IMG/VR virus record: IMGVR_UViG_3300026302_000005
Location: 209,301 to 273,300 of that record
Length of the DNA stretch: 64,000 nt
Direction: 5' to 3' (one strand)
Origin: a virus
Lineage: Duplodnaviria > Heunggongvirae > Uroviricota > Caudoviricetes
Under the pieces are notes generated by a model. That model saw nothing but the letters and a program-made list of their open reading frames with translations. It did not search any database and was not told the origin of the DNA. Below are positions 36,531-45,800 of the stretch, piece after piece; position 1 is the stretch's first letter; each line of letters starts with the position of its first letter. A program made the translations under genes and the position numbers.

Positions 36531-36933
36531 TTGTAATAGACTTAACTCCCCACATGACGGTTTCTTCAATGGCAATTCGCATGTCACGAGTCGTTGTCAT
36601 CGACACCATCTCGGTCTCGAAGTCAATGTCCATGCCAAACCCACTGGTAATCCGGTCCAGTGCAATGGCACCTTCGCGGTTGTTCGGGTCAAGATTCGAC
36701 AGCATGGCTTGCAACAGCGCAATTGCATCCTCTTGAGATCGAGTGATGGAGTCGATCAGAACCTGTCCACGATCCTTGATCAGATCGACGGCCTGTTTCT
36801 CTGCATCCGTCAACGTCCGGTAAGTGTGACGGACAGCCGACGCTTTGACGCGATCATCCCCGGTGCTGGTGACGGTCTCGGTAGTCTCTTCCGGGCCAGG
36901 ATATGCATCGGCTCCGCTTCGTCCATAGTTCAT
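36523..36933 (-). CDS. Acb2/Tad1-family helical-hairpin anti-defence sponge-like protein
   Basis: VRHTYRTLTDAEKQAVDLIKDRG ... IEETVMWGVKSIT. Confidence 0.65.
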   Translation of the reverse strand: MNYGRSGADAYPGPEETTETVTSTGDDRVKASAVRHTYRTLTDAEKQAVDLIKDRGQVLIDSITRSQEDAIALLQAMLSNLDPNNREGAIALDRITSGFGMDIDFETEMVSMTTTRDMRIAIEETVMWGVKSITNG

Positions 36934-36937
36934 CGAA

Positions 36938-37597
36938 TCAGTCCTTCTTTCTGATGTTCTTTCTTACCCATTCTGGGCGAATGGTTGGTTTGTCCAGATA
37001 CAATGCTTTGTCCAGCATTAGCTGTTCCGCATACACTGGATCATCGGTCTGATCCAACCACGGGCTCCCGATGCACACGGTGATTTTTTCCACAGACGAT
37101 GGATCAATGCAGTGTGGATGACCTCCATCCAGCACATAGCATCGCTGTGTGGGATCGACGTGGACATGCTCCATCTTTTCGTTGATGAAGTATAGGCCGT
37201 CTATTTCGCCGTGTAGAACCAGTCGCCACTTGTGTTGAATTGTCCCGACCTCTTTGGGGGAACAATCGATGTGTTCCGCCATCATGGTCTGTGGTGGGGT
37301 TCGGAGAACCGTCACTCGTCCATGGGGCTTCATCCAGGACATAACGTGCTTCCTGATGTAAGCGATGAGATTGGGGCAATACTGGATTGCTGCCGATGAA
37401 AATTCCTTATCACCGACAAACTCCAGCTTGTATTCCCCAATCCCATCCTGCTGGTTATAGAATGCCAGCATTTGGCAATTTCTGAACTCATCGAAGTGCC
37501 AGTGTTCGTCTGGGACTGACCGAACTTCGGCGAGGAATTGTTCAACCTCCGCTTCGGTGATTCCAGAATGAACGGGGCAATACGTAAAGTTCATCAT
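36938..37597 (-). CDS. 2OG-Fe(II) oxygenase (Asp/Asn beta-hydroxylase-like)
   Basis: GRVTVL..P....HID ... LDGGHPH. Confidence 0.7.
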   Translation of the reverse strand: MMNFTYCPVHSGITEAEVEQFLAEVRSVPDEHWHFDEFRNCQMLAFYNQQDGIGEYKLEFVGDKEFSSAAIQYCPNLIAYIRKHVMSWMKPHGRVTVLRTPPQTMMAEHIDCSPKEVGTIQHKWRLVLHGEIDGLYFINEKMEHVHVDPTQRCYVLDGGHPHCIDPSSVEKITVCIGSPWLDQTDDPVYAEQLMLDKALYLDKPTIRPEWVRKNIRKKD

Positions 37598-37603
37598 CGT
37601 GGG

Positions 37604-37852
37604 TTACTCCATGCCGAGAGCGGCCAGGTAGATTTCCAGGATGGCGGCTTCTTCTGCCCGCTGATCCGGCGATTTCTTGCGTTCCGCGATGATCTTCTTG
37701 ATGATCTTCGTGTCGTATCTGCGCCCCTTGGCTTCGGCCATCACTTCCTTCTGGGTTTCGGTGATGTCGGTCTTTTCGGACTCAAGCTGTTCGTAACGTT
37801 CGATGAACTGGCGAAGCTCGTCGGCGGTGACCGAGGTGTTGGTATCGTTCAT
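37604..37852 (-). CDS. gapR: GapR / UPF0335 (DUF2312) DNA-binding protein
   Basis: ADELRQFIERYEQLESEK...EAKGRRYDTKIIKKIIAERK. Confidence 0.92.
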   Translation of the reverse strand: MNDTNTSVTADELRQFIERYEQLESEKTDITETQKEVMAEAKGRRYDTKIIKKIIAERKKSPDQRAEEAAILEIYLAALGME

Positions 37853-37916
37853 GGGTAGTCCCTTCTAGGTTGGTTGAACCGAATACATGTGGATGGCGTA
37901 GGGTTGGTTCAAGCCC

Positions 37917-38861
37917 CTATGCTGGAAGAAGTGGCACCAATAGTGTAGAATTTTCATAGGGGCGATCATCAATCACAAACAGACCGGCTGTGATCGTTGC
38001 ACCAGGGTATGCATCCTGGAAATGCTTCACAGCGGCATCCACCTTGGATGTGCTATCCAGGGGATATCCGTCGGCCAGACAGAACCGGCTATTGTCGGCA
38101 AAGAACCGGTCGAACATCTCCAACAGGATGGTGTAACGAAATGCCCCTGGCCATTGCTTCTGCTTGCTCTGCGGAACCATGTCTACAAGCTCTATAAAGC
38201 TGTTTGCAGAGCCACCATAAACGACCGCATCGATCAGTATGGGATACTCCAGATCAGACTGTCCAAGCATCTGAGCGAAGTGTGGAGCTATCTGTGCGGT
38301 GAAGTGTCCGAGGATGTCGGAGTAGTCCATCGCATATACGGTGATCGAGTCTGCCCACACCACGATCACCACGTGATCGGAGTCTTCTGCAATCGGATAA
38401 AGCACTCCGGGGACTTCGGTCAATCCCATCCCGATTCGATCTTTCCGTGTCGCCGGTCGCATCATGCTCAGACCAACACAGTCAGTGAGCCATTCACAGA
38501 ACATGTTCGTGGTGACCCCGGGAAAGGGCTTTCGTTGCAACACGGGTTGGTAACGCTGCTCCCATACCTCCCTGGTGCAATTGGTAGTGAACTTCACAAC
38601 CAGATTGGTTAGGGCACTATCGGTGATTGTAGGCCCCGTCACGACCAAGTAATCCAACAACCTGAGGAATATCTCATCGGTTGCCCGGTTCTCAGTTGCA
38701 AACTTCGGGGGGCTATCAAAGGCGAACTTTACCCGATCCGGTATCCAATGACGATAAATCCGCGACCCCACCTTGGCAACAAATTCATTCGTCTCCCGTG
38801 GCGGGATGGTGATGGCTTCTAGATCGTCGGCAATCATAGCCCCAATGTCGTCGTGATTCAT
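37917..38861 (-). CDS. Hypothetical protein, about 314 aa
   Basis: ATGA-coupled long ORF; only a faint resemblance to a DNA-ligase N-terminus. Confidence 0.7.
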   Translation of the reverse strand: MNHDDIGAMIADDLEAITIPPRETNEFVAKVGSRIYRHWIPDRVKFAFDSPPKFATENRATDEIFLRLLDYLVVTGPTITDSALTNLVVKFTTNCTREVWEQRYQPVLQRKPFPGVTTNMFCEWLTDCVGLSMMRPATRKDRIGMGLTEVPGVLYPIAEDSDHVVIVVWADSITVYAMDYSDILGHFTAQIAPHFAQMLGQSDLEYPILIDAVVYGGSANSFIELVDMVPQSKQKQWPGAFRYTILLEMFDRFFADNSRFCLADGYPLDSTSKVDAAVKHFQDAYPGATITAGLFVIDDRPYENSTLLVPLLPA

Positions 38862-40060
38862 ACTGCCCACACAAACGTATCAACCGCCCGAGTCATAGCC
38901 GTGTATAGCCACCGCTTTCGCGACTGTCTATTGAAGCTGCAAAACTGATCGTCTACCAACACAACGCTATCCCATTGGGAACCTTGTGACTTATGAACGG
39001 TAACTGCATATCCGAGATCGAACTGGAACAAGAACAGGTTGTCGTCGGTTCGATGTTCCTGGTAAGATCGATCCAGTATCTCCAGGTCCATCCGTTTCTC
39101 GTCATCTGTTCGTGGACTCCAGTTGTCCTGGAATGCCCCCATGTGGAGACGCTTGGGCCCGAATTGCTGCCGCCACCGGATACCTTCCTCCACCTGGACG
39201 CCCTGGGTGATGTATCGCTCTTTGACATCGATCATGCTGGCATCCACCACATGCGTGGTTCGCCCTATCATACCATTGAACAGTCCGTTGCGCTGGTTGT
39301 TCTTCAAGCAGATCACCTTGATCCCCGGCAACATGGGGTAACCAACCTCGAAGCCTTCGGCTTTCATCATCAGTTGGTTCAGTCCCCACCGGGTTTCGTT
39401 CTTGCCGGTCAGCACCTGGTCCGCAGCAATCAGATCGAGGTCACTCAGTTCATCGAACCGCATCTTGATGACCCCACCATGATCACCCATTGGGATCGGG
39501 ACATCATTCCGAATATCCTGCGACAGGCGGATGATGCTGTTCTCCAGAGCTTGGCGGTGAATCTCAGACAGAAAATAGTCTGGTGTGCCTCGGGTGAAGT
39601 ATCCGGACTTGGCACCTTTGATCGGCTCTAGCTGACCAGGATCGCCCAGAACCAGAATTTTCACATTGAACCGCAGAAGGTCTTCGGCGATGTCGTCACC
39701 AATCATCGAGCATTCATCAAGAACCAGCAGTTTGGCATCTCGGAGTTCGGAATCCCAGTTCAGGCCGAAAATCAACTCACCCAGCTTGTCTTCTTTGAGC
39801 GTATAGATCAGGCTGTGGACCGTGTTAGCGTCCATTCCCTTGCGGGTCATCACCATCGACGCTTTGCCCGTGTAGGCAGCGTATTTTACCTCACTACCCT
39901 CTGGGTCCAGGCCACATGCCTCGACTGCCAGGGTGGCTATCGATGACTTTCCACTACCTGCGTAACCCGCCAGATAGAAGAATGGTTTTGGGCTGTTTTT
40001 GAACCAGTCGCCGATCTCATAGATGGCTTCGGCTTGCTGGAAAGATGGGGTAATCGACAT
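38858..40060 (-). CDS. SF1B DNA helicase (Dda/RecD-like)
   Basis: GYAGSGKS, LDECSM, GDPGQL, YAVTVHKSQGS, YTAMTRA. Confidence 0.93.
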   Translation of the reverse strand: MSITPSFQQAEAIYEIGDWFKNSPKPFFYLAGYAGSGKSSIATLAVEACGLDPEGSEVKYAAYTGKASMVMTRKGMDANTVHSLIYTLKEDKLGELIFGLNWDSELRDAKLLVLDECSMIGDDIAEDLLRFNVKILVLGDPGQLEPIKGAKSGYFTRGTPDYFLSEIHRQALENSIIRLSQDIRNDVPIPMGDHGGVIKMRFDELSDLDLIAADQVLTGKNETRWGLNQLMMKAEGFEVGYPMLPGIKVICLKNNQRNGLFNGMIGRTTHVVDASMIDVKERYITQGVQVEEGIRWRQQFGPKRLHMGAFQDNWSPRTDDEKRMDLEILDRSYQEHRTDDNLFLFQFDLGYAVTVHKSQGSQWDSVVLVDDQFCSFNRQSRKRWLYTAMTRAVDTFVWAV

Positions 40061-40063
40061 GCA

Positions 40064-40261
40064 TCAACGATCAATCTGGGTGGCGACAATTTCCTGCCGT
40101 GAACCGGCTGACGCGCCCTCATCATCATATACTTGGACGTTTCCGATCAACACATCAAAACGCATCTCTTCTGGGACGCCATAACGTTGGCGGAGGAAAT
40201 CCGTAATTATTGCATTGATGTCGGCCTTGTCGAAGCGGTATACGTGGGTCTGTTTGACCAT
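40064..40261 (-). CDS. Hypothetical protein, 65 aa
   Basis: GGAG SD. Confidence 0.6.
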   Translation of the reverse strand: MVKQTHVYRFDKADINAIITDFLRQRYGVPEEMRFDVLIGNVQVYDDEGASAGSRQEIVATQIDR

Positions 40262-40292
40262 CAGGAATCTCCGGGTTGTTCTCCATCATAGA

Positions 40293-40481
40293 TGGTCGGA
40301 GTAGCCTGAATTTGCAAGGGGGAAGTTACGACGCGGGCAAGTTTTTGGACTGGACGTTTTACGCGCTCTACCACTAAGCTACCCCGGCCATACTTAACGT
40401 TTTGGTGGCGGGGAGAGGATTCGAACCATCTGCCTCGGTCTTCATGCAGGACAATAACCCATTCCGGTCGGCCCGCGTCGT
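40293..40481 (-). ncRNA. Composite tRNA-like structured RNA (element A)
   Basis: Own promoter; 11-bp closing helix; T-arm+CCA half precedes a D-arm half; shares a motif with 46644-46760. Confidence 0.6.
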
Positions 40482-40487
40482 TCTTCA

Positions 40488-40516
40488 TACATATGCGATT
40501 CGAATTGGGTTGTCAA
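40488..40516 (-). promoter_or_regulatory. Promoter of element A
   Basis: TTGACA-N17-TATGTA. Confidence 0.7.
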
Positions 40517-40752
40517 CCCCTGGGCCAAGAAGTATGTTCCAGGACGATTTCACGTGTCTGTGGGGGGAACATGAAATTCCAGTTGAGTTGGAGCCACTCA
40601 CGAGGACGATCAAACTCGTAGATCACTCGTGAATAACCACCACCCAGGTCCACCCGGGATACCTCGGTGCGAATCGGTTGCTCGTAATGTGCATACCATC
40701 CTCTGGATTTCGGATCGAACGACATCTTGATGACTGCGATTTCTTGTTTCAT
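40513..40752 (-). CDS. Hypothetical protein, 79 aa
   Basis: TGATG-coupled start MKQEIA. Confidence 0.6.
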   Translation of the reverse strand: MKQEIAVIKMSFDPKSRGWYAHYEQPIRTEVSRVDLGGGYSRVIYEFDRPREWLQLNWNFMFPPQTREIVLEHTSWPRG

Positions 40753-41102
40753 CACACGTCGAAGGTGATATTGTGGGAACGGACCCCGACCTGTGTCAGA
40801 ACCTCCAACAAAGCTTCCCTGGTCGGAAATCCCACGGTGCTCACCATCCGGGTCTCCCACTCCTCATCATCCGGATCGTCGGAAGTCTGGACATCATCAC
40901 AAAACTCGGCGTTCCACCCGGCGAATGGGGGTGCATCATCTGGATCGTGGGTGATCACGACCGATGCGACGTGTGGCGAGATGCCCACCTCGTCCAGAGC
41001 TTGCCGAAGCTGTTCCAGATTTGCGGGTTTCGGATCACCGAATGCCGACCGGAACATGCCAGTGCCATCGGTTCCGGGCGGGGGGAGGTGGAAGTCATCC
41101 AT
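40752..41102 (-). CDS. Acidic hypothetical protein
   Basis: AAGGA SD. Confidence 0.7.
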   Translation of the reverse strand: MDDFHLPPPGTDGTGMFRSAFGDPKPANLEQLRQALDEVGISPHVASVVITHDPDDAPPFAGWNAEFCDDVQTSDDPDDEEWETRMVSTVGFPTREALLEVLTQVGVRSHNITFDV

Positions 41103-41105
41103 GGA

Positions 41106-41456
41106 TCAGTCCTTCTGATGATGTTGGACGAATTCTCCCAGATGTGAGAAGAAGTCGTCGGTGTTGCGGTCCATTCCCCGAACTGCCGCAGCAAGCTCTG
41201 GGTCACGGGGGCTCTTAGCGGAATTCTTCATCATCGTCAAGAGACCAAAGCACAGTGGGGCCTCTTGTGCCCGTTCCTGGCTGGTATCGGATTCCCAATT
41301 CACGGTGAGATGACAGGGAAGGGGACGATCAGCCTGCCAATGCGGGCCGATGAACTCCATGGGTTTCCCCGAAGACTCACCCAGCCATCCTGGTAGGGAA
41401 GCCCGCCGAAACGGACATTCCCGACAGGCTTGCTTGACACATCGACGTTCGCTCAT
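41106..41456 (-). CDS. Cys-rich metal-binding hypothetical protein
   Basis: C..CPF..GWLG, PCH, LCFG. Confidence 0.75.
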   Translation of the reverse strand: MSERRCVKQACRECPFRRASLPGWLGESSGKPMEFIGPHWQADRPLPCHLTVNWESDTSQERAQEAPLCFGLLTMMKNSAKSPRDPELAAAVRGMDRNTDDFFSHLGEFVQHHQKD

Positions 41457-41698
41457 GCTGTCACCTTGGATTTCTTGATGTCCGTGATGTGGTCCGGGCT
41501 CATGGTGAAATACACCACGGGTTTGACCTCATACTGCCATCCACGACGAGCAGACCACGACCGCACCACCACCATATCTTCGTCCACAATGGCACGGATA
41601 TGGTAGCGGCGGGTGTTGGGGCTCTTGGGGCCGTAGTTTTGCAGGAACGAGACGCCCACCACGACCCATGCAGGCATGATCCAGAGGGCGTCATCCAT
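41453..41698 (-). CDS. Hypothetical protein, 81 aa
   Basis: Coupled ORF. Confidence 0.65.
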   Translation of the reverse strand: MDDALWIMPAWVVVGVSFLQNYGPKSPNTRRYHIRAIVDEDMVVVRSWSARRGWQYEVKPVVYFTMSPDHITDIKKSKVTA

Positions 41699-41700
41699 GA

Positions 41701-41997
41701 TCAGGCCCGGACGGTGATCTTGCCGTGGGCGGGCTTGCCATTGGCGGGAACGATCAGGTAGACGCGGCCACCCTCGGCGTTCTTGTTGGTGGTCAGCACG
41801 AAGCGGATCGGACCCTCGCCACCAGCAGCCTCGACGGAAGCAGCGGTCAACGACACACGGAAGGACTTCTCGGCATCACGCTTGGCCACGCCCGCACCCT
41901 TCACGCCGGAGATGGCATTGCCATCCAGGACGAAGCGGTCAGCAGCGGTCAGGTTCAGGGTATTCGCGGATTTCGAAACGGTCAGGTCGCCACGCAT
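41701..41997 (-). CDS. Small basic early protein with strong codon bias
   Basis: GGAG SD; early promoter immediately upstream. Confidence 0.75.
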   Translation of the reverse strand: MRGDLTVSKSANTLNLTAADRFVLDGNAISGVKGAGVAKRDAEKSFRVSLTAASVEAAGGEGPIRFVLTTNKNAEGGRVYLIVPANGKPAHGKITVRA

Positions 41998-42035
41998 GTC
42001 GGTCACTCCAGGTTGGGTTGCATCTCGATGAACCC

Positions 42036-42064
42036 TGTATACCCGGATCAAAACGATTCGTCAA
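42036..42064 (-). promoter_or_regulatory. Early promoter
   Basis: TTGACG-N17-TATACA. Confidence 0.75.
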
Positions 42065-42079
42065 GAAAAAAGTGAACCT

Positions 42080-42712
42080 TCACCAAAACGGAGCATCACC
42101 GTTCAGTTTGTCCTGGGCGAGTTTTATGGTAAGATCGATACCACCCAAAATGGATGTCCACCAGTAGGCAGCATCAGATGGTGTAGTGGTGCGGTTCTGC
42201 TCTACACGAACGCGGAGCCCTTCCATGAACCTAACTGATCCGGACGCAAACGCATCAGGTGACATACCATAAAGGTAGAAGGATTCCTGTTGCAGGAGTC
42301 CGTAGTTGATTCGGGTCTGTTCCGGATTCATTAGATCAGCTAAGTCCAGCAAGATCATCCGGGGATCACCGAAGTCATTCAGGTGATGTTCGGTGTCCAT
42401 GATGAGTTCATACGCCTTGATGGGATCAACACGCGGGATCGGACCCATCGCGGCATAGACGACCTCGAACAGCTTGGCGGATCGAAGTTCTTTCAACGGC
42501 TGGCTGTCATAGACGGCATCGTGGAACATGATGGCAAGGTCCAGGTTGGGATCATACGGGAACCTGAATGTGTGCTTGGCATGCCAATAGAGCCGACAGA
42601 TATGGGGGTTCCACCCATGGTAGACCCGCCTCCCATCAGTGTCATGGAATGCTCGGGCGATCTTCCCTATGGGCTGATCGATCAGTTGCGACCAGGATGT
42701 ATCAATTGTCAT
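42080..42712 (-). CDS. HD-superfamily phosphohydrolase (COG4339-like)
   Basis: RVYHGWNPH, FHDAVYD..ELRSA, DLADL. Confidence 0.8.
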   Translation of the reverse strand: MTIDTSWSQLIDQPIGKIARAFHDTDGRRVYHGWNPHICRLYWHAKHTFRFPYDPNLDLAIMFHDAVYDSQPLKELRSAKLFEVVYAAMGPIPRVDPIKAYELIMDTEHHLNDFGDPRMILLDLADLMNPEQTRINYGLLQQESFYLYGMSPDAFASGSVRFMEGLRVRVEQNRTTTPSDAAYWWTSILGGIDLTIKLAQDKLNGDAPFW

Positions 42713-44220
42713 CGGTTGTATCCCCCTACGTATGTTATCTCTGGCACCACAGCGGCGAAGTAGTTGATCTTCATGCTTTCGGCCAGTCGATATCGGTCGG
42801 CGTAGAATTCCGGAGTCAAGAGCACGGCCATGGAATGTTGGACGAAATAATCTGGGTCTGGGTGAAGCGATTGCACCATGGGTAGGGCAAACCCGGCCAA
42901 ATACCGATTTTCCAGGTGCTCTGCATTCATCTTATTGGCAACCCGCGATGCGATCTTGGAATTCATGAACTCATTTTCCCACCAACTGGCATGTGTCTCA
43001 CTGGTGGTGTATCCGTATTGCTCGGGGGATTGATTGAATTCCGACACATGGTGTTTGTTTTGGTTCTTGCTGTGCATTGCCAGACCATACCAAACCCAGT
43101 CATGCAGTAGATGACCCTGACCGATCAGTGCATTGGTTTCTGCCACCGATCTCAGGTCTTCGTAGGGCAATCCAACGATGAATGATCCAAACAACCGCAT
43201 GTGTGGATAATTCTGCCGGATGTGCAATATGGTCTCTTCGATCTTCTCCCACGGCATACTCTTACCAATGGCTTTCAAAGCCTCTGGGTGACGTGATTCG
43301 ATACCGAGGTGCATGGTGATCAGTCCGATATCATCCATGAGTTCCAGCATACGCGGAAAACGGGCTATGAGGTCAACACGGACAAATGAATTGAACTTGG
43401 GACGAAATGGTAGCCGGTCGGTAACGGACTTCAACATCTCTAATTTCTGGATAGTATCGTTCAGCGTGTCATCGATCAAAATGAACCTGGTGACTCCAAA
43501 TCGTTCGTAAAGACCCATGATTTCCTGATAGATGTCATCAGGATCGCGTAGATAGTCCAGCTTCTTCTTACCACGGAGAACGTGAGAACAAAACTTGCAA
43601 TTGAAGATACATCCACGACTGACTTCAATGGGTATCCATTCGTGAGACATGATGTGATGCTCAGGCCCCCAATCGACTGACAGTCTCGACAAGTCGGTGA
43701 CCGGCCACATGACGTCGGGTCTGATAATTTTGGGATTTTCTGGACCGATATCGTCGTAACCACCATCGCGAATAGCAGCGGCAATACCGACAATAGCACG
43801 ATCTGCATGGCCCATCACGAACATATCAGCGAAATATTGATCACGTCCATATACGTCCAAAGCACCCACGAGCACTTTGGCTTTGGGCGATCTGGCTTTG
43901 ATCGCGTAATATATCTGCTTCTGTTCTTCCCGTGTGAACCTGGTGGTTTTGGCGTTATCTTTGACGAGTTTACCAGTATCATCCATACTCACATCGCTGA
44001 GAAATGTGGCCGACCATCCCACGATCAGCGTGTTTTCGTCACAACGGGTATTGATGATAGTGATGATCTGATCCAGCGATAGGACCGATATGAAATCTAT
44101 CACATCACATGTATACCCCGCACGACGAAGCTCGGTTTGAATGCGATATGTGCCCAGTCCCCGCGACCAGGATTGAACAGTCATCCCAGAGTGATCGGTG
44201 AATAATACAGCCTCAACCAT
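42709..44220 (-). CDS. Cobalamin-binding-domain radical SAM enzyme
   Basis: EVSRGCIFNCKFC; DDTLN; GIES; FIVGLPYE; N-terminal B12-binding-like Rossmann domain. Confidence 0.88.
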   Translation of the reverse strand: MVEAVLFTDHSGMTVQSWSRGLGTYRIQTELRRAGYTCDVIDFISVLSLDQIITIINTRCDENTLIVGWSATFLSDVSMDDTGKLVKDNAKTTRFTREEQKQIYYAIKARSPKAKVLVGALDVYGRDQYFADMFVMGHADRAIVGIAAAIRDGGYDDIGPENPKIIRPDVMWPVTDLSRLSVDWGPEHHIMSHEWIPIEVSRGCIFNCKFCSHVLRGKKKLDYLRDPDDIYQEIMGLYERFGVTRFILIDDTLNDTIQKLEMLKSVTDRLPFRPKFNSFVRVDLIARFPRMLELMDDIGLITMHLGIESRHPEALKAIGKSMPWEKIEETILHIRQNYPHMRLFGSFIVGLPYEDLRSVAETNALIGQGHLLHDWVWYGLAMHSKNQNKHHVSEFNQSPEQYGYTTSETHASWWENEFMNSKIASRVANKMNAEHLENRYLAGFALPMVQSLHPDPDYFVQHSMAVLLTPEFYADRYRLAESMKINYFAAVVPEITYVGGYNR

Positions 44221-44235
44221 GAATTCTCATCCTCA

Positions 44236-44838
44236 TTAAATCGAGTCTATCATCCGGTGTTGTGCATGGCGATTCCGATACAGTGCGTCGAACGCATTTT
44301 TGATTTCGATGGGATCACCGGGAACCCATACGAAGTAGTCTCGGAAATTATCAACTGCTACATACTGATCATCGTGGAGCAACATGGCTGCACGATCTCC
44401 GGCATTGGTCCCTACATAGGTAAGCCAGAATCCGTCTGCATTTGCAGCAGGTATGAGAGTGTTACCCATGGCCCGCCTGGTAGATTTTGCGATTTTTGAT
44501 TGGGCTCGAACAAGCTGGACCTTGACCTCATGCTCTACCTCCAGCATGGGGCCGGATTGACGTTCCACGGTCGGTGCGTCTGCCAACTGGGATAGAAGCT
44601 GATCCGCAGTTTGAATGGGAAAGTCTTTCAGACTGGTGGCTTTGATAGTGGTGCTACCCACCGTGGGGGTCACCGTGTGTTTAACACCAGCAAACTCGAC
44701 ATCGTATGGGGTTGGGTCGTCTACCCGGCCCATGTGGATCAGATATTCTGCAACTCGACCTTGCACGTCGATCCAGTCGATTACGTTGTGACCAAAATGG
44801 GGATTCCGGTCGGGGAGGGTGTTGGTGTCCAACGGCAT
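44236..44838 (-). CDS. Protein containing T4 gp23 (major capsid)-like segments
   Basis: SKIAKSTRRAMGN and LTYVGTNAGDRAA resemble gp23 NxIAxxTRRGxGN and xGYKGxxExDAxA. Confidence 0.45.
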   Translation of the reverse strand: MPLDTNTLPDRNPHFGHNVIDWIDVQGRVAEYLIHMGRVDDPTPYDVEFAGVKHTVTPTVGSTTIKATSLKDFPIQTADQLLSQLADAPTVERQSGPMLEVEHEVKVQLVRAQSKIAKSTRRAMGNTLIPAANADGFWLTYVGTNAGDRAAMLLHDDQYVAVDNFRDYFVWVPGDPIEIKNAFDALYRNRHAQHRMIDSI

Positions 44839-45026
44839 GGGTTGATCTCGATCTCGTTCAGGATTTCCAGCTTTCGCTCATCGCTGAATTTAGTCCATCC
44901 TGCGATCTCTTCAAGGGTCCGACGACATCCTTGACATACACCGGTGAGTTTTGAGGGTTTGGTTGATTTCTGACAGGATCGTTTTTCGATCTTGCAGTTC
45001 TTTACACATGGAGATGCAACAGCCAT
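44781..45026 (-). CDS. DUF1289-like small Cys protein
   Basis: SPCVKNC...CQGCRRTLEEIAGW...RK.EIL. Confidence 0.7.
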   Translation of the reverse strand: MAVASPCVKNCKIEKRSCQKSTKPSKLTGVCQGCRRTLEEIAGWTKFSDERKLEILNEIEINPCRWTPTPSPTGIPILVTT

Positions 45027-45088
45027 CAACGATTCTCCCAGACGATGCATCGTATTTAGTGGGAGATTGGTCAAGGTGACAGGGATGT

Positions 45089-45166
45089 TGGTCAGCCATA
45101 CAGGACTTGAACCTGCGAACCTCCTGGTTCCCGACCAGGCGCTCTACCAAACTGAGCTAATGGCTG
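45089..45166 (-). tRNA. tRNA-Pro(GGG) with atypical loop UC-GGG-AA
   Basis: C1-G72, A73, CCA; stem CCTGG/CCAGG. Confidence 0.7.
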
Positions 45167-45175
45167 CTCATGTTG

Positions 45176-45204
45176 TATTTAGAGCAACCCTTCTTGACTG
45201 TCAA
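45176..45204 (-). promoter_or_regulatory. tRNA promoter
   Basis: TTGACA-N17-TAAATA. Confidence 0.75.
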
Positions 45205-45227
45205 CCCCACATAGCTATGTATGAAGC

Positions 45228-45776
45228 ATGTATATTGGCTCAGATCATCACAAGCGAAACCTGGATCGTGCTCGTGCCGCACAGAAGCGTGACAAACCCT
45301 GTCTGCACTGTGGTGCTATGTATTTTCAGAGTGGTATAATCAAGCATGAACGGTCATGCCGGTCAAACCCAGAAAATCAACGAGTCTGCGAGGTGTGTGG
45401 GAAATCCTTCACCGGTAAAGGTGTCACTTGCTCCCATGGATGTGCCAACACAAAATTCCGCACCGGACCCGATCATGGGAACTGGAAAGATGACAGCTAT
45501 CGATCAACGTGCTTTCATTATCACGAGAAGAAGTGTGTGGTGTGTCCAGAGACGGTCATAGTCGAGGTCCATCACCTGGATGAGGATAATACCAACAATA
45601 GTCCGGAAAATCTCATACCGCTATGCCCCACACACCATCAATACTGGCATTCGCGGCACCGACACCTGATTGAAGATCAAGTGATCAGCTATCTGAATTT
45701 ATGGAAGGAATTGGTCAGTGTGAGAGGACTCGAACCTCCGGCCTGTAGTTCCCGAAACTACCGCTCTACCGCCTGA
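45228..45776 (+). CDS. HNH homing endonuclease inserted antisense between tRNA-Pro genes
   Basis: Zn knuckles; EVHHLDED.TNN..ENLIPLCPTHH. Confidence 0.85.
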   Translation: MYIGSDHHKRNLDRARAAQKRDKPCLHCGAMYFQSGIIKHERSCRSNPENQRVCEVCGKSFTGKGVTCSHGCANTKFRTGPDHGNWKDDSYRSTCFHYHEKKCVVCPETVIVEVHHLDEDNTNNSPENLIPLCPTHHQYWHSRHRHLIEDQVISYLNLWKELVSVRGLEPPACSSRNYRSTA

Positions 45777-45787
45777 GCTACACACTG
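45712..45787 (-). tRNA. tRNA-Pro(CGG)
   Basis: Loop TT-CGG-GA; CCA. Confidence 0.92.
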
Positions 45788-45800
45788 ATGGAAGAGAGCT

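Noticed and set aside
37917-38861. ATP-dependent DNA ligase
   Set aside because: No KxDG adenylation motif; the resemblance is too faint.
40293-40481. Two-piece tmRNA call for element A (GCA AAU.. could give ANSGYSDHL*)
   Set aside because: No G3-U70 alanine identity pair, a full tRNA D-arm is present, and the tag lacks the terminal hydrophobic/AA degron.
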